From assembly GCA_036676985.1 (NCBI GenBank), contig JAKFBU010000006.1, positions 1 through 64,000 on the forward strand: a DNA stretch of 64,000 bases, in the 5' to 3' direction. The stretch is from Candidatus Sericytochromatia bacterium (GTDB taxonomy: Bacteria; Cyanobacteriota; Sericytochromatia; S15B-MN24; UBA4093). This document shows positions 9,319-21,521 of the stretch, in pieces (the first letter of the stretch is position 1; each line of letters opens with the position of its first letter). The position numbers and the translations under genes are program-made. Under the pieces are notes generated by a model, which had not been told where the DNA came from, did no database searches, and was given only the letters and a program-made list of their open reading frames with translations.

Positions 9319-12300
9319 CTACTTCCGCAGCGCCCCGTCCACGCGCACGACGTGGTCCGTCCACTGCTCGAACGAGTCGTCGTGGCTGATCACGAAGAGC
9401 TGCTTGAAGGTCTTGATCTCGCCGATCTGGTGCGCGAGGTTGGACCGACGGCTCTCGTCCATGTTCGTCGTGGGCTCGTCGAAGAAGGCCACGTCGATGT
9501 TCGACGTCTCCTTCAAGAGCGCGAGCCGCACCGAGAGCGCGGCCGCCATCTGCTCGCCGCCCGAAAGGTTGGCGAAGGGGCGCGGGCGACCCTCCTCCTC
9601 CAGCATGATCTCGTAGTCGTTGCTCCAGCGCAGGTGCGCGTGGTGCTGTCCTGTGATCTCCCGGAACAGCCGGTCGGCCTCCAGGGAAATGTTCAGGAGG
9701 TAGGCCTCCGTCACGTGGGGACCGGCCTCTTTGAGCGTGCTGCGGGCGAAGTCCAGGAACGTTGCATGGGCGACCAGGCGATCGCGCCGGGCGATGCCGT
9801 CCGCGAGCTGCTCCTGCACCCGCTTGAGGTCGGCCATTTCCCTGCGGGTGGCCTCCAGCTGCTGGGTCAAGAAGCCGACCGCCTGCTCCAGCCGGATGAG
9901 CTCGGCCTTGAGGCCGTCCACCCGCTCCCGCAGGGCCCCGTGCTCCTCGCGCTGGTAGCCCGCCGCCCGCTCCTTGGCAGTCGCCGCAAGCACCGTCTTT
10001 TCGGCCTCCAGCCGGGCGACCTGTGAGTCGGCCTCCGCTCGGACCTCGAGTCGGCCCTCGAGTTCCTGCGCGAGCACCGAGACCTTCAGGTAGCGCTGGT
10101 AGCTGGGCTCGGTCGTCTGCCGGGCCTCGGTCGCCTTCTGGAGGCGCGCGTCGAGGTCGGTGAAGGGCATGAGCCGCGCGTCGATGTCCGCCAGCGCCGT
10201 CCCGGCCTCGGCGGCGACGGCTTCCTTAGCGGTCCGCTCGGCCTCGAGCTTCGGGCGCTGCTGTAGCGCCCGCTCCAGGGCCAGGTCCCGCGAGCGCGGG
10301 TCCCCGAGGGCCGCAAGCTCCCGCTCGGCGGTCGCGAGGCGCTCCGAGAGGCCCGCATGTTCCTTTACGGCCGCCTCGTCGGCGCCGATGCGCGCCTGGC
10401 GCTCGGCCTGCTCCTTGGCCATGGCCTCGCGCTGCTGGGCGAGGCCTTCGCGCTGGCCGTAGCGCGCGGCGTCCGCCTGGGCCTTGGTCAGGGCGCTCCG
10501 CTCCTCCTGGATGGAGGCCTCGAGGGGTGCCATCCGGCCGCCGGTCGCGGGCAGCTGCGACGCCTCGAGGGCGACGGCCGCCAGGTCCTGCTCATGCTTG
10601 GCGAGGGCCGCCTGGGCGTCCGCGAGCTGCTTGCGCACGCCGTCCAGGAGCGCGACCTGCTTGCTCGCGTCGCTCGCTTCCTTCCAGCGCCGGCGCAGCA
10701 CCAACAGCTCGTCGTTCACGGCCTTGGCCTTGGCCTCGTTGGCGGCAATCTGCTCGCGGTAGTAGTCCTCGGGGCTCTGGCCCTCGAGAATGGGGCAGCC
10801 CACGTTGAGGATGGGGCAGAGGTTCCCGTTGAACTGGCTCGCGGCCTTCTTGTCCCGGGCGATCTCGGCCTCGACGGCCGAGAGCTTGTCCCGGAGAGAC
10901 TGGCCTTCCTCCCCGAGGGCGTCGAGCTTTTCGGCGAGTGCGATCAAGGGCTCCTTGTCGGCGATCGCCTTCTGGTGCTCCGAGATGGCCTTCGTCTGCT
11001 GGGCGGCCGCCTCTTCGAGCAGCTTGCGGCGGTGCGTGAGCTCCTTGTGCTTGAGCTCGGCGGCCTGCAGGCCCTTGAGCAGATCCTGCTTCTCGGCGAG
11101 CGAGGTCTCGAGCGACTTGGCGAGACGCGGGGCGTCGGCGAGCTTGTCGAGCTCCGCAAGCTCCGCCTCCAGCTTCACGAGTCGCTCGCTCCAGGTGGCA
11201 TGCTCGGTACGGGTGCGGGCGAGCCTGTCCTCGATGGCCCGGGCCTCGGTCAGCCGGGCCTTGAGGTCCGAAACGAGCTTTTCCTGGGCCGACTGGGCCT
11301 CGACCTTGGGCTTGAGCCCCTCGCGCTCCTCGGCGTCCTTGGCGAGGTCCGAGAGCTGCTTGGTGAGCGTCTGGACGGCGTAGCTCGCCTCGTCCAGGCG
11401 CCGCTGGACGGTCGTGCGCTCGGTACGCAGATCGTCGCGGGTCTTGCGCTCGGTCTCGAGGGCCGCGAGCTCCTTTACGGCCGCCTGGTAGGCCTGGTAG
11501 GGGGCCTCGAGCGTCTTCAGCTCGTCTGCGGCCTGCTGGGCCTCGACGGCGCGCTGCACGGCCGCGTCGCGCTCCTTGAGGGCGAAGCCGAGCCGGGTGT
11601 CCAGGTCCTGGAGGTCGCGCTGGTCCTTGGCGATCGCCTTCTCCAGCTCGTCGTACTCGGCGAGCTTGCCCTGCCAGAGGCCGAGCTCCTTGCGGCCGCG
11701 CTCGAGCCTTGACTCGGCGTCCTGGCGCTGGGTCTCCTGCTGGGCGAGCTGGACCTCCAGCTCGGGCATCTTGTGCAGGCGGTCGTTGTAGACGGCCAGC
11801 TGCGTGTTGGCCTCGACGATGAGGGATTGCAGGTGGTTGCCCGTGTCCTTGAGGGCGTCCGAGGACTGCCGGTACTCCTCGACGCGCAGGATCTTGTCGA
11901 AGACCGCCTTGCGGCGGGTGGCCGTGTCCATGAAGATGGCCGTGAAGGTGCCCTGCGGCACGCCGATGGTGGTCCGGAAGAACTCGTCCAGGTCCGTGTC
12001 CGGCTCGACGCCCAGGTGCTCGCGCAGCCACGAGAGCACGTCCGCCTTCTGCTCGGCGACCCGGGTCTTGGTCTCGGGGTCGTAGACGTAGTAGGTGCTC
12101 TTGGTGTTGCGGACGACGGTGTACTCGCGCTCGTCGATGCTCGACTCGAAGGTCACGCGCACCGTGCCGGTGGACGCCCCGCGCCGGAGGAAGTCCTCCT
12201 TCTTGTAGGGCAGACTGTCGAAGAGCGCGAAGCCGATGGCCTCGAGGATGGTGGACTTGCCCGCGCCGTTGGGGCCGCTGATGGCGTTGGTGCCCAGCAT

Positions 12301-12363
12301 GAACTCGAAGCGGTCGTGGGCGTACCGCTTGATGTTCTCCAGTTCGACCGAGACGATGTGCAT
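9319..12363 (-). CDS. sbcC: SbcC/Rad50 SMC-like ATPase
   Basis: Walker A GPNGAGKST, long coiled coils with central CPILNVGC, signature LSGGE, FFDEPT, ISHD. Confidence 0.92.
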   Translation of the reverse strand: MHIVSVELENIKRYAHDRFEFMLGTNAISGPNGAGKSTILEAIGFALFDSLPYKKEDFLRRGASTGTVRVTFESSIDEREYTVVRNTKSTYYVYDPETKTRVAEQKADVLSWLREHLGVEPDTDLDEFFRTTIGVPQGTFTAIFMDTATRRKAVFDKILRVEEYRQSSDALKDTGNHLQSLIVEANTQLAVYNDRLHKMPELEVQLAQQETQRQDAESRLERGRKELGLWQGKLAEYDELEKAIAKDQRDLQDLDTRLGFALKERDAAVQRAVEAQQAADELKTLEAPYQAYQAAVKELAALETERKTRDDLRTERTTVQRRLDEASYAVQTLTKQLSDLAKDAEEREGLKPKVEAQSAQEKLVSDLKARLTEARAIEDRLARTRTEHATWSERLVKLEAELAELDKLADAPRLAKSLETSLAEKQDLLKGLQAAELKHKELTHRRKLLEEAAAQQTKAISEHQKAIADKEPLIALAEKLDALGEEGQSLRDKLSAVEAEIARDKKAASQFNGNLCPILNVGCPILEGQSPEDYYREQIAANEAKAKAVNDELLVLRRRWKEASDASKQVALLDGVRKQLADAQAALAKHEQDLAAVALEASQLPATGGRMAPLEASIQEERSALTKAQADAARYGQREGLAQQREAMAKEQAERQARIGADEAAVKEHAGLSERLATAERELAALGDPRSRDLALERALQQRPKLEAERTAKEAVAAEAGTALADIDARLMPFTDLDARLQKATEARQTTEPSYQRYLKVSVLAQELEGRLEVRAEADSQVARLEAEKTVLAATAKERAAGYQREEHGALRERVDGLKAELIRLEQAVGFLTQQLEATRREMADLKRVQEQLADGIARRDRLVAHATFLDFARSTLKEAGPHVTEAYLLNISLEADRLFREITGQHHAHLRWSNDYEIMLEEEGRPRPFANLSGGEQMAAALSVRLALLKETSNIDVAFFDEPTTNMDESRRSNLAHQIGEIKTFKQLFVISHDDSFEQWTDHVVRVDGALRK

Positions 12364-12365
12364 GG

Positions 12366-13649
12366 CTACAGGCTATCCAGCGATTGCGAGAGGAAGGCGG
12401 CGATCTCGGCGGGGTCGGTGCCCGCGATCGCCTGCTGCTTGAGGGCGATGACCAGCTCCCCGTAGGCCTCGGCCCGGGGCTGGTAGCGCGAGTCGCGCGA
12501 GACCAGATCCCGGATCACCTGGCGCTCCAGGTCCTTGCGGTCGAGTCCGAGGGCGCCCGGCGCCACCGCGTACTCCACGGGCACCGCGTCGTACTTGATG
12601 CGCGGCAACAGGGGATCGCAGATGGAGACGACGAGCGCCTCGACGGCCTCGAGATCCAACTCGTGGCGCTTGAAGCCGAGCGTCCCGTGCAGCGTCAGCT
12701 CCACCACGGGTTTCTCGACCTCCTCGGAGGTCGGACGCATGGGGCGATAGGAGGCCCACTCCGCCTTGATCAGGCGCTCGGCGGCCGAGACTACCTCCTC
12801 GGGCGAGCCGCAGGGGCTCACGTCCAGACGCATGCGGTGGAAGGGGCGGCTGGGGTAGTCCGTGACGTGCCAGGCCTGGTGCGTGCGGGAGACCGGGTCC
12901 ACCTCGACCACGTAGGCGCCGCGCTCGTGGACGTACTCGCCGACGTTGCCCGACTCCAGGCTGCCGGGGTTGTAGATCCAGCCGCCCTCGTCGTAGCGCA
13001 TGTGGATGTGGCCGAGGGCCAGGTAGTCGACGCCCGCCTCCTTGAAGGGCAGGAGCTGGTGGTGGGTCAGCGCCCCGGAGTAGTGGTCCAGGTAGCCCTC
13101 GAGGCCCGTATGGAACATCAGGAGGGTGTAGGGATCGTCCGGCAGCTGTCGGATGGCGTCGGCCAGCGGCGCTACCACCGAGGCCGTCGTCGCTCCGTAC
13201 CACTTGGAGCCGACGATGCGCACGCCCTTGTAGTCGACGTAGCCGCCGTGGTGCTCCTCGTCGCTCCAGGGGTGGAGCACGATGCTGCCGTCCTCCTGGT
13301 GCTCGGGCTCCAGGAGCTTGATCCAGCCCCAGTCGGACAGGAAGCGCAGCCAGGTCACCTGGCTCGAGTGGCCCGAGCGGTCGTGGTTGCCCTCGATGGC
13401 GAACACCGGGATGTCGGCGGCCCGCAGCTCCTCGAAGACCACCGTGGCCTGCGTGAGCACCCGGGGCTCGATGTTGCGCTTGTCGAAGAGGTCGCCCGCG
13501 ACCACCACGAAGTCCACCCCCGCCTCGACCCCGTAGCGCATGACCACGTGGTGCAGGGCGCGAAAGAAGTCCTTGCTGCGCTCCTGGTGGTGGTAGGGGG
13601 TGGCACCCAGGTGGATGTCGGCGATGTGCAGGAACTTGACGGGCTTCAC
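12366..13649 (-). CDS. sbcD: SbcD/Mre11 nuclease
   Basis: ADIHLG, AGDLFD, EGNHD, ALGHIH, YNPGS motifs; directly upstream of sbcC. Confidence 0.92.
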   Translation of the reverse strand: MKPVKFLHIADIHLGATPYHHQERSKDFFRALHHVVMRYGVEAGVDFVVVAGDLFDKRNIEPRVLTQATVVFEELRAADIPVFAIEGNHDRSGHSSQVTWLRFLSDWGWIKLLEPEHQEDGSIVLHPWSDEEHHGGYVDYKGVRIVGSKWYGATTASVVAPLADAIRQLPDDPYTLLMFHTGLEGYLDHYSGALTHHQLLPFKEAGVDYLALGHIHMRYDEGGWIYNPGSLESGNVGEYVHERGAYVVEVDPVSRTHQAWHVTDYPSRPFHRMRLDVSPCGSPEEVVSAAERLIKAEWASYRPMRPTSEEVEKPVVELTLHGTLGFKRHELDLEAVEALVVSICDPLLPRIKYDAVPVEYAVAPGALGLDRKDLERQVIRDLVSRDSRYQPRAEAYGELVIALKQQAIAGTDPAEIAAFLSQSLDSL

Positions 13650-14110
13650 CCGAGGACCTCTTGGATCTTCTTGGGCATCTCCCGCCAGAGCCAGCCGAGG
13701 GTTGCCAGGCTGAGGACCGTCACGACCGCGGCGACGATCTTGAGGTCCTTGAAGGTCACGGTCACCAGGCCCACGAAGGCCGCAAACTCGACCAGCATGG
13801 CCGCCGTGCGCAGGCGCGCGCGCAGGGCCACCGCCCGCGGCGCGAAGCCGGGCTCGCGCTCGGCCTTACCGAGCTTGCGGGCCGCAAGCTCCATGATCTT
13901 GGGCGTCGGCGTCTTCCACCAGACGTAGAGCCCGCCCGCCAGCAGCCCCAAAGCGAGCGCCAGGAAGGACGCCTCGACCGTGATGGGCACGGGGGCCGAG
14001 GGACGGAACCAGGCGAGGAACAGGGCGTACAGGGTGATGACGACGAACATCGAGACGACGCGCGTGCGCATCTCCCGGACCAGGCGATCGCGATCTTGGG
14101 GGGCGGACAT
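13646..14110 (-). CDS. hypothetical 4-TM membrane protein
   Basis: Four hydrophobic segments, AGGAG RBS, stop overlaps the sbcD start. Confidence 0.7.
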   Translation of the reverse strand: MSAPQDRDRLVREMRTRVVSMFVVITLYALFLAWFRPSAPVPITVEASFLALALGLLAGGLYVWWKTPTPKIMELAARKLGKAEREPGFAPRAVALRARLRTAAMLVEFAAFVGLVTVTFKDLKIVAAVVTVLSLATLGWLWREMPKKIQEVLG

Positions 14111-14322
14111 GAGGGCTCCTTGTAGGTGGCGTGAGTGTTACAGACCATCTTAGGGGCTCGCTTCCCCCCTGGCAACCGTCGCCGCCAACCACTTTCTCCC
14201 TCTCGAGCCGCGACGTCTCGGCGCGCGCCTCGCCCGTCTTTCCTTCGACGGAGCGGCCGTTTACCGGGGGCCCGGGGGAGGCTATCACAGGGGTGCTGTC
14301 GTGTGCCAAGAGGAGAGGTAGG

Positions 14323-15750
14323 ATGGACGCTCGAGTCATCAAGACCCTGTTGCTCGCGAGCACGCTGCTCATGGGCTGTCAGCGCTCCGTGACGATCGCC
14401 CAGGCCGAGGCCGCGCTCGCTCCCTGGGAGCGCCTGTTGGTGCGCTCGGCCTCCCCGGCCACCCGGTCCGTGGAGCTGACGCTCTACACGGACTCGTGGG
14501 CGCTGGTGACGGACGCGCGCCCCGTGGATCTGACAGCGGGCGAGCAGGTGGTCCGCTTCCCGGAGGTGGCCGCCCAGACCGACGGGACCGGCGGTTACGT
14601 GCAGGTCCCGGGGACGGTGACGGCCCGCCGCTTCCGCAACGACCTCCAGAGCCGTGATCGCCTGCTAGCGCGCTATCACGGGCGGCAGGTCGACATCTAC
14701 CCGCGCGGCGCGACGACCCCGATCCAGGCCACCCTCCTCATGACGGACTCCGGGGCCGTTTACATGGTGGGCGATCGCCTCTACACCGAGCCGCCCGGTC
14801 GGGTGGCCCTGCCTCCCATCGAGGGGCTCGCCCTGTCGCCGACCATGGAGTGGATCGTGCGCCTGGATGCGCCCTACAGCGGCATCGCGACGGTCTCCTA
14901 CGTGGCCAACCAGCTCGGCTGGAAGACCGAGTACACGCTGGTGACCGACCGTGACCAGACCCGGGGCGACTGGAAGCAGTGGGCGGCCATCCAGAACCGC
15001 TCGGGCGCCGACTACCCCGACGCACGGATCACGCTGGTGGCGGGCGACGTGCGGCGCGATCGCGAGGCCCGCCCCTACGCCTTCGCCTACGGGGGCTCGC
15101 GGGCCTACGCGGACGTGGCCGCCCCCGAGTCCTACGCGGCGCGTTACCTCTACCGGCTCCCTGCGCCCGTCACGCTCCGCCGCGACACCGACGAGCGCGT
15201 CGCCCTCCGCTCGTTCCAGGGCGTGCCCATCGATCGGACCTACCGGGTGGAGGCCGCGATCCAGCTGCTCCGCGAGCCCTATCCCGAGACGCCCCGGAAG
15301 GCACGGATCCGCCTGACGATCCCGAACACGGTCCAGGCGGGGCTGGGCGAGGCGCTGCCCGGGGGCAAGATCACGGTCTACACGCCCACCCGCCAGGGGG
15401 AGCTTGCGATCGCGGGCGAGCCGACCCTCGCGGACACGCCGGTGGGCCAGAGCCTCGAGATCGACCTGGGCGAGGCCTTCGACGTCACGGCCGAGCGGAG
15501 CCAGACGGCCTATCGCGTCACGGCGACCACCCACGAGGTGGCCTACCGGGTTCTCTTGCGCAACCAGCAGGGCGTGGCCGTCAACGTGTGGGTCACCGAG
15601 CAACTGTCGGGGGACTGGACCATCACCCGCAGCTCGCACCCCTACGAGCGGCTCTCGACGACCCAGATCCGCTTCCGGGTGCCGGTGCCGGCCCAGGGCA
15701 GCACGGAAGTGACCTATGAGGCCTCCATCGTCCGCGAGCAGCAGCGATGA
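14323..15750 (+). CDS. DUF4139-family lipoprotein
   Basis: Lipobox LMGC; ELTLY..ALV, IQNRSGADY..ARITLVAGDV, YLYRL, DLGEAFDVTAER and V.V.E...GDW motifs. Confidence 0.8.
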   Translation: MDARVIKTLLLASTLLMGCQRSVTIAQAEAALAPWERLLVRSASPATRSVELTLYTDSWALVTDARPVDLTAGEQVVRFPEVAAQTDGTGGYVQVPGTVTARRFRNDLQSRDRLLARYHGRQVDIYPRGATTPIQATLLMTDSGAVYMVGDRLYTEPPGRVALPPIEGLALSPTMEWIVRLDAPYSGIATVSYVANQLGWKTEYTLVTDRDQTRGDWKQWAAIQNRSGADYPDARITLVAGDVRRDREARPYAFAYGGSRAYADVAAPESYAARYLYRLPAPVTLRRDTDERVALRSFQGVPIDRTYRVEAAIQLLREPYPETPRKARIRLTIPNTVQAGLGEALPGGKITVYTPTRQGELAIAGEPTLADTPVGQSLEIDLGEAFDVTAERSQTAYRVTATTHEVAYRVLLRNQQGVAVNVWVTEQLSGDWTITRSSHPYERLSTTQIRFRVPVPAQGSTEVTYEASIVREQQR

Positions 15751-15834
15751 AAGGGGTTTCTACCGTGGCGCCCCGGGCAGGACCCGTGTAGAATGGCCAT
15801 TCGAAGCAGTCCGTGGCCTGGAGAGGAAGTCAGC

Positions 15835-16413
15835 GTGGTCAAACAGAAGGTAGTCCGTCGTGCCGGCAGTGACGAGATCCCGGAGCGCCCCAAGCGCAGC
15901 TTGGTGGTGCGGATCGGCATCGCCATCGTCGGTCTGGCGGTGGTCATCAGCTCGCTGGTGCCGCTCCTGAGCATGTTCGAGCGGGCGCCCGAGTCGAACC
16001 CGCTGGCCCAGATCGAGGAGGCTGTCCGACAGAATCCGCAGGACGCGAACATGCACGTCCTGTTGGGCAATGCGTACTACGACGCCCAGCGCTACGCCGA
16101 GGCCGCGGAGACCTATGAGAAGGCGCTCGCCCTCAAGCCGGGCGATTCCAACGTTCAGGTGGACTACGGGACCTCACTCTTCTACTCGGGTCATCCCGAG
16201 GAGGCGCTCGCGGAGTATCGGGCGGTCCTCAAGCGGGACCCGAAGCACTTCCAGGCGCATTTGAACATGGGCGTCGTGTACCGCAGCCAGGGCAAGACGG
16301 ACGAGGCGATCGCGAGCTGGAAGAAGGCCGAGCAGTACGCCCCGGATGCCCAGACCAAGGGGCATGTGGCGGAGATGATCACGGTGGCGGCGGCTTCCAC
16401 CATCGGGAAGTAA
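15835..16413 (+). CDS. membrane-anchored TPR protein
   Basis: One TM helix then TPRs (LGNAYYDAQRYAEAAETYEKAL, LNMGVVYRSQGK). Start uncertain (15793 or GTG 15835). Confidence 0.8.
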   Translation: MVKQKVVRRAGSDEIPERPKRSLVVRIGIAIVGLAVVISSLVPLLSMFERAPESNPLAQIEEAVRQNPQDANMHVLLGNAYYDAQRYAEAAETYEKALALKPGDSNVQVDYGTSLFYSGHPEEALAEYRAVLKRDPKHFQAHLNMGVVYRSQGKTDEAIASWKKAEQYAPDAQTKGHVAEMITVAAASTIGK

Positions 16414-16420
16414 GCTCGAA

Positions 16421-16652
16421 CTAAGGAGTCCGTTCGCCTTTCGACCTGGCCCAAAGGGCATGCTCTCTTAGTCTTCATGCACTGAAGGAACCGTTCATCC
16501 TTCGACTCGCTCAGGACGAACGGTTTTTTGTGGGTGGCGCGAGCGGTACGCCCCTTGAACTGAGTAGCGATCCCTTGGATGGTCCAGCCACCCCTTGAGA
16601 CCCACAACCATCCCGTTCGTCCTGAGCGAGTCGAAGGAACGAACGGTTCCTT
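16421..16652. repeat. REP-like palindromic repeat cluster, family A, copy 1
   Basis: AAGGAACCGTTC-ATCCTTCGACTCGCTCAGGACGAACGG (~16485-16523) and its inverse (~16613-16652); related to 37775-37860. Confidence 0.8.
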
Positions 16653-16667
16653 ATAGAAAAGCGAGCC

Positions 16668-17321
16668 CTACAGCTGCTGGCGGGCCCGCATGAGCTCGCG
16701 CTGGACGTCGTTGACGTAGAGCACCAGCAGGCTGCGCAGGGCCTCGGTGAGGTTGATGAACTCCAGCCCGATGAACTGCTGCGTCCCCCCCGAGTCGAAG
16801 TGGGCCGCGCAGCGCCGGACGTAGCCGTAGGCCGCAAAGGGCCCGTGGACCGGCAGGTCCAGCTCGAGGCGGGCCAGGGTGCCCAGCGGGATGGTCGGCG
16901 TGATGAGCAGGCCCACGCCGCCCCCCGACACGTCCTTGAGCTTGCCGTACACCCGCGGGCCGAACTCGCCGGTGGCCGGATCGATCTGCCACTCGATGGT
17001 GCAGGGCAGGTTGGAGGGCACGCGCACGAACTGCCGGCGCTGGATGCGCTGGATCTCGTCGTCGGGCGGAATCTTGAGCGTGAGCCCGCCTTCGCTGTCC
17101 TTGAGGATGGTGCAGCGCATGGCGTAGTTGGCGTCGGGCATCACGAAGGTGACGCTGAGGTCGTCCCCGGTGATGGGAATGCGCACGCCGTGCCGGCGGG
17201 GCGTGCTGATGGCGAACTCACCTGACCAGACGGCGAGGACCGTCGAGTCGCACGGAATGGTGCGCTCCCCCGACGGGACCAAGAGCTGGATGGCTTGTCC
17301 GACTTTGATCTGGATCTTCAT
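16668..17321 (-). CDS. YcgR/MotI-like PilZ-domain c-di-GMP receptor (flagellar-brake type)
   Basis: QRRQFVR (RxxxR) and DVSGGG (DxSxxG) motifs with an N-terminal YcgR-N-like domain. Confidence 0.88.
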   Translation of the reverse strand: MKIQIKVGQAIQLLVPSGERTIPCDSTVLAVWSGEFAISTPRRHGVRIPITGDDLSVTFVMPDANYAMRCTILKDSEGGLTLKIPPDDEIQRIQRRQFVRVPSNLPCTIEWQIDPATGEFGPRVYGKLKDVSGGGVGLLITPTIPLGTLARLELDLPVHGPFAAYGYVRRCAAHFDSGGTQQFIGLEFINLTEALRSLLVLYVNDVQRELMRARQQL

Positions 17322-17417
17322 GGCTGTCCCACAATGCTCGCTTGGCTCAAGCACTGTAACGCAGAAGGGCGGCCTCCCGCGTGCCTCGGATCACATGATG
17401 CCCGTGATCCCTCTCTC

Positions 17418-18312
17418 TTATCGTATCAGGAGCCAGTGCCAGAGCGGAAGGGTCAGGAAGCTGAGCACGATCGAGGCCACGATCGTATTGAGGACCAGCG
17501 GGAGCTCGAGCCCGAAGAGCAGGGCCAGGGAGAACGCGTAGAGCATGGTCGGCATGGCGGCCTCCATGACGGCGGCCTGCCGAAAATCCGTGGGCAGGCC
17601 GAGCGCCAGGACGAGCCCCCACACGAGGGCCGGCATGACGACGAGCTTCAGGGCCGTGGCCCCGAGCGTCAGGGGCCACTGGCGAGCGGCATGCCGGAAC
17701 TGCAGCGAGAGGCCGATGGAAAGCATGATGAGGGGCGTCGTGAGGTCGCCGATCCGCTCGAGCAGGTTGCCGAGGGTTGCCGGCAGGGCGACGCCATGCA
17801 GGCCGAGCCCGAGGACGAGGCCCCACAGGGGCGGAAAGCGCAGGAGCCGTCCGAAGAGCTCCCGCGTGCGCACCGGTCCGCCGCCGAGCTTTGCCGCCAC
17901 CAGCGCTCCGGCCGAGTTCACGGCCAGCGTGGCGCCCAGCAGATCGTAGAAGATGGCGAGCGTCAGGTGACGGGTCCCGAAGTAGCCCTCGATGATCGGG
18001 TAGCCGAAGAAGGTGGTGTTCGCGAAGGCGATGGCGAGCATCCACGAGCCCAGCGTCCGGTCGTCCAGGCGCAGCAACCGGCCCGTCAGCCAGCCGATCG
18101 CCAGACCGAGCAGGCAGGCTGCCCAGGCGACGAGCGGCATCCAGAGTAGGGACCACTGCAGCTCGGAGCGGTGCAGGGCGCTGAAGATGAGCGCGGGCAG
18201 CGTCAGGTAGAAGACGATCAGGTTGAGGTGCCGAGCGGCGTCCTCGGGCAGGAGGCCCAGCTTGCGCAGGGCGTAGCCGCCCGCGATCATCGCGAGCACC
18301 AGGGCGACGAGA

Positions 18313-18320
<8 letters not shown>
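17418..18320 (-). CDS. AEC (auxin efflux carrier)-family transporter
   Basis: About 10 TM; FYLTLPALIF, FANTTFFGYP, MEAAMPT motifs. Confidence 0.88.
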
Positions 18321-20133
<1,813 letters not shown>

Positions 20134-20321
20134 GGGGAGGGCTCGTAAGGGAACGAGAGTGTCATGCCCACGTCAAGCCCTTGAAAAACATTCCATTCCG
20201 CGAGGGGACGCCTGAGTGGAATGGAATCGACCGGAGAAGCCGCCGAGTGATCGAGGGTGTTATTGACGCCTGGTAGAACGGAACGTAGCGTAGCGACCCC
20301 ACGTTCCGAGGAGGCCCGATC

Positions 20322-21521
20322 ATGACTCGCCGTCCCTTACCGCTCCAGGCCCTGGCCCTGCTCTTGTCCGGCACGCTCACCGGCTGTGCGATGGAATCGG
20401 CCATGCTGGCCAGTGTCAGCCCCGCCCGCTCCGGGGCGACGGCGGACGCCGCGGGCGGCTACGCCTCGAACGCGGGGGCCATCGGCGCCGGAGGGGGCAC
20501 GGGCGCCCCCATCCAGCAGGGGAGCGGCCTGAAGGGCGGCGAGGTGGACGACAACGCGGACTTCGCCAAGTACCTGAGCTACCTGCAGGAGTTCCAGGGC
20601 CGGGGCGTCCAGCCGGTGGACGTCTCCCAGCGCTTCCAGCTGCGGGTGACGGATCAGGCGTCGCTGAGCGTGCCGAACGCGCTCGTCACCATCAAGCAGG
20701 GCGAGGCGACGGTCTTTTCGGCCCGCACGACGAGCGCCGGTCGGACCCTCTTCTTTCCGCGGGCCTACACCGAGACCTCGACGGCGGACTACACCGTGAG
20801 CGTCACCAAGGGGAGCGTCGAGGCGACGGCCTCGCTGTCCCACGACGCCTCGGGCAGCCTGGAGCTTGCGTTGCCCATGCAGCGCGGGGCGATCGCCCCC
20901 AAGCTGGACATCTGCTTCGTCCTGGACGTGACGGGCAGCATGGGCGACGAGCTGGGCCGGGTCCAGAAGACCATCCGCGACATCTCCGGGCGCATCCAGG
21001 GCCTGGCGGGGAGTCCGGCGGTCCGCTACGGCCTGGTCGCCTACCGCGACCGGGGGAGCGACTACGTGACCAAGGTGGGCGACTTCACGACGTCGCTGGA
21101 CACCTTCCAGAGCCGCTTGAACGGCCTCACGGCCGGTGGCGGCGGGGACTACCCCGAGGCCGTCAACGAGGCGCTCACCCAGGCTACCCATGCCATGGCC
21201 TGGGACACGGGCGAGAGCCTGCGCCTCATGTTCGTGGTCGGCGACGCTCCCCCCCACATGGACTACGTCCAGGACGTCCCCTACTCCACCACCATGCTCC
21301 AGGCGGCCTCCAAGGGCATCAAGATCTTCCCCCTGGCGGCGAGCGGCCTGGACGCCGCGGGCGAGTACGTGTTCCGGCAGCTCGCCCAGGTCACCAACGG
21401 CAAGTTCCTGTTCATCACCTACGGCGGCACCACGCCTCACGACGTGGGCCCGGTCCAGGAGAACAACCTGGACGACCTGGTGGTCGACATCGTCCGCGGC
21501 GAGCTGCAGAACCTCGAGTAG
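20322..21521 (+). CDS. VWA-domain lipoprotein
   Basis: Lipobox LTGC; MIDAS-like LDVTGSM, VAYRD, GGGDYPEA, VGDAPPH. Confidence 0.85.
   Translation: MTRRPLPLQALALLLSGTLTGCAMESAMLASVSPARSGATADAAGGYASNAGAIGAGGGTGAPIQQGSGLKGGEVDDNADFAKYLSYLQEFQGRGVQPVDVSQRFQLRVTDQASLSVPNALVTIKQGEATVFSARTTSAGRTLFFPRAYTETSTADYTVSVTKGSVEATASLSHDASGSLELALPMQRGAIAPKLDICFVLDVTGSMGDELGRVQKTIRDISGRIQGLAGSPAVRYGLVAYRDRGSDYVTKVGDFTTSLDTFQSRLNGLTAGGGGDYPEAVNEALTQATHAMAWDTGESLRLMFVVGDAPPHMDYVQDVPYSTTMLQAASKGIKIFPLAASGLDAAGEYVFRQLAQVTNGKFLFITYGGTTPHDVGPVQENNLDDLVVDIVRGELQNLE

Noticed and set aside
9319-13649. SMC ATPase plus nuclease as a Wadjet/Lamassu-type defence system
   Set aside because: The motifs, order and host-like composition fit ordinary SbcCD; no kleisin, KITE or effector genes.
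16421-16652. CRISPR array
   Set aside because: Repeats are inverted and few, with no regular repeat-spacer periodicity and no cas genes.
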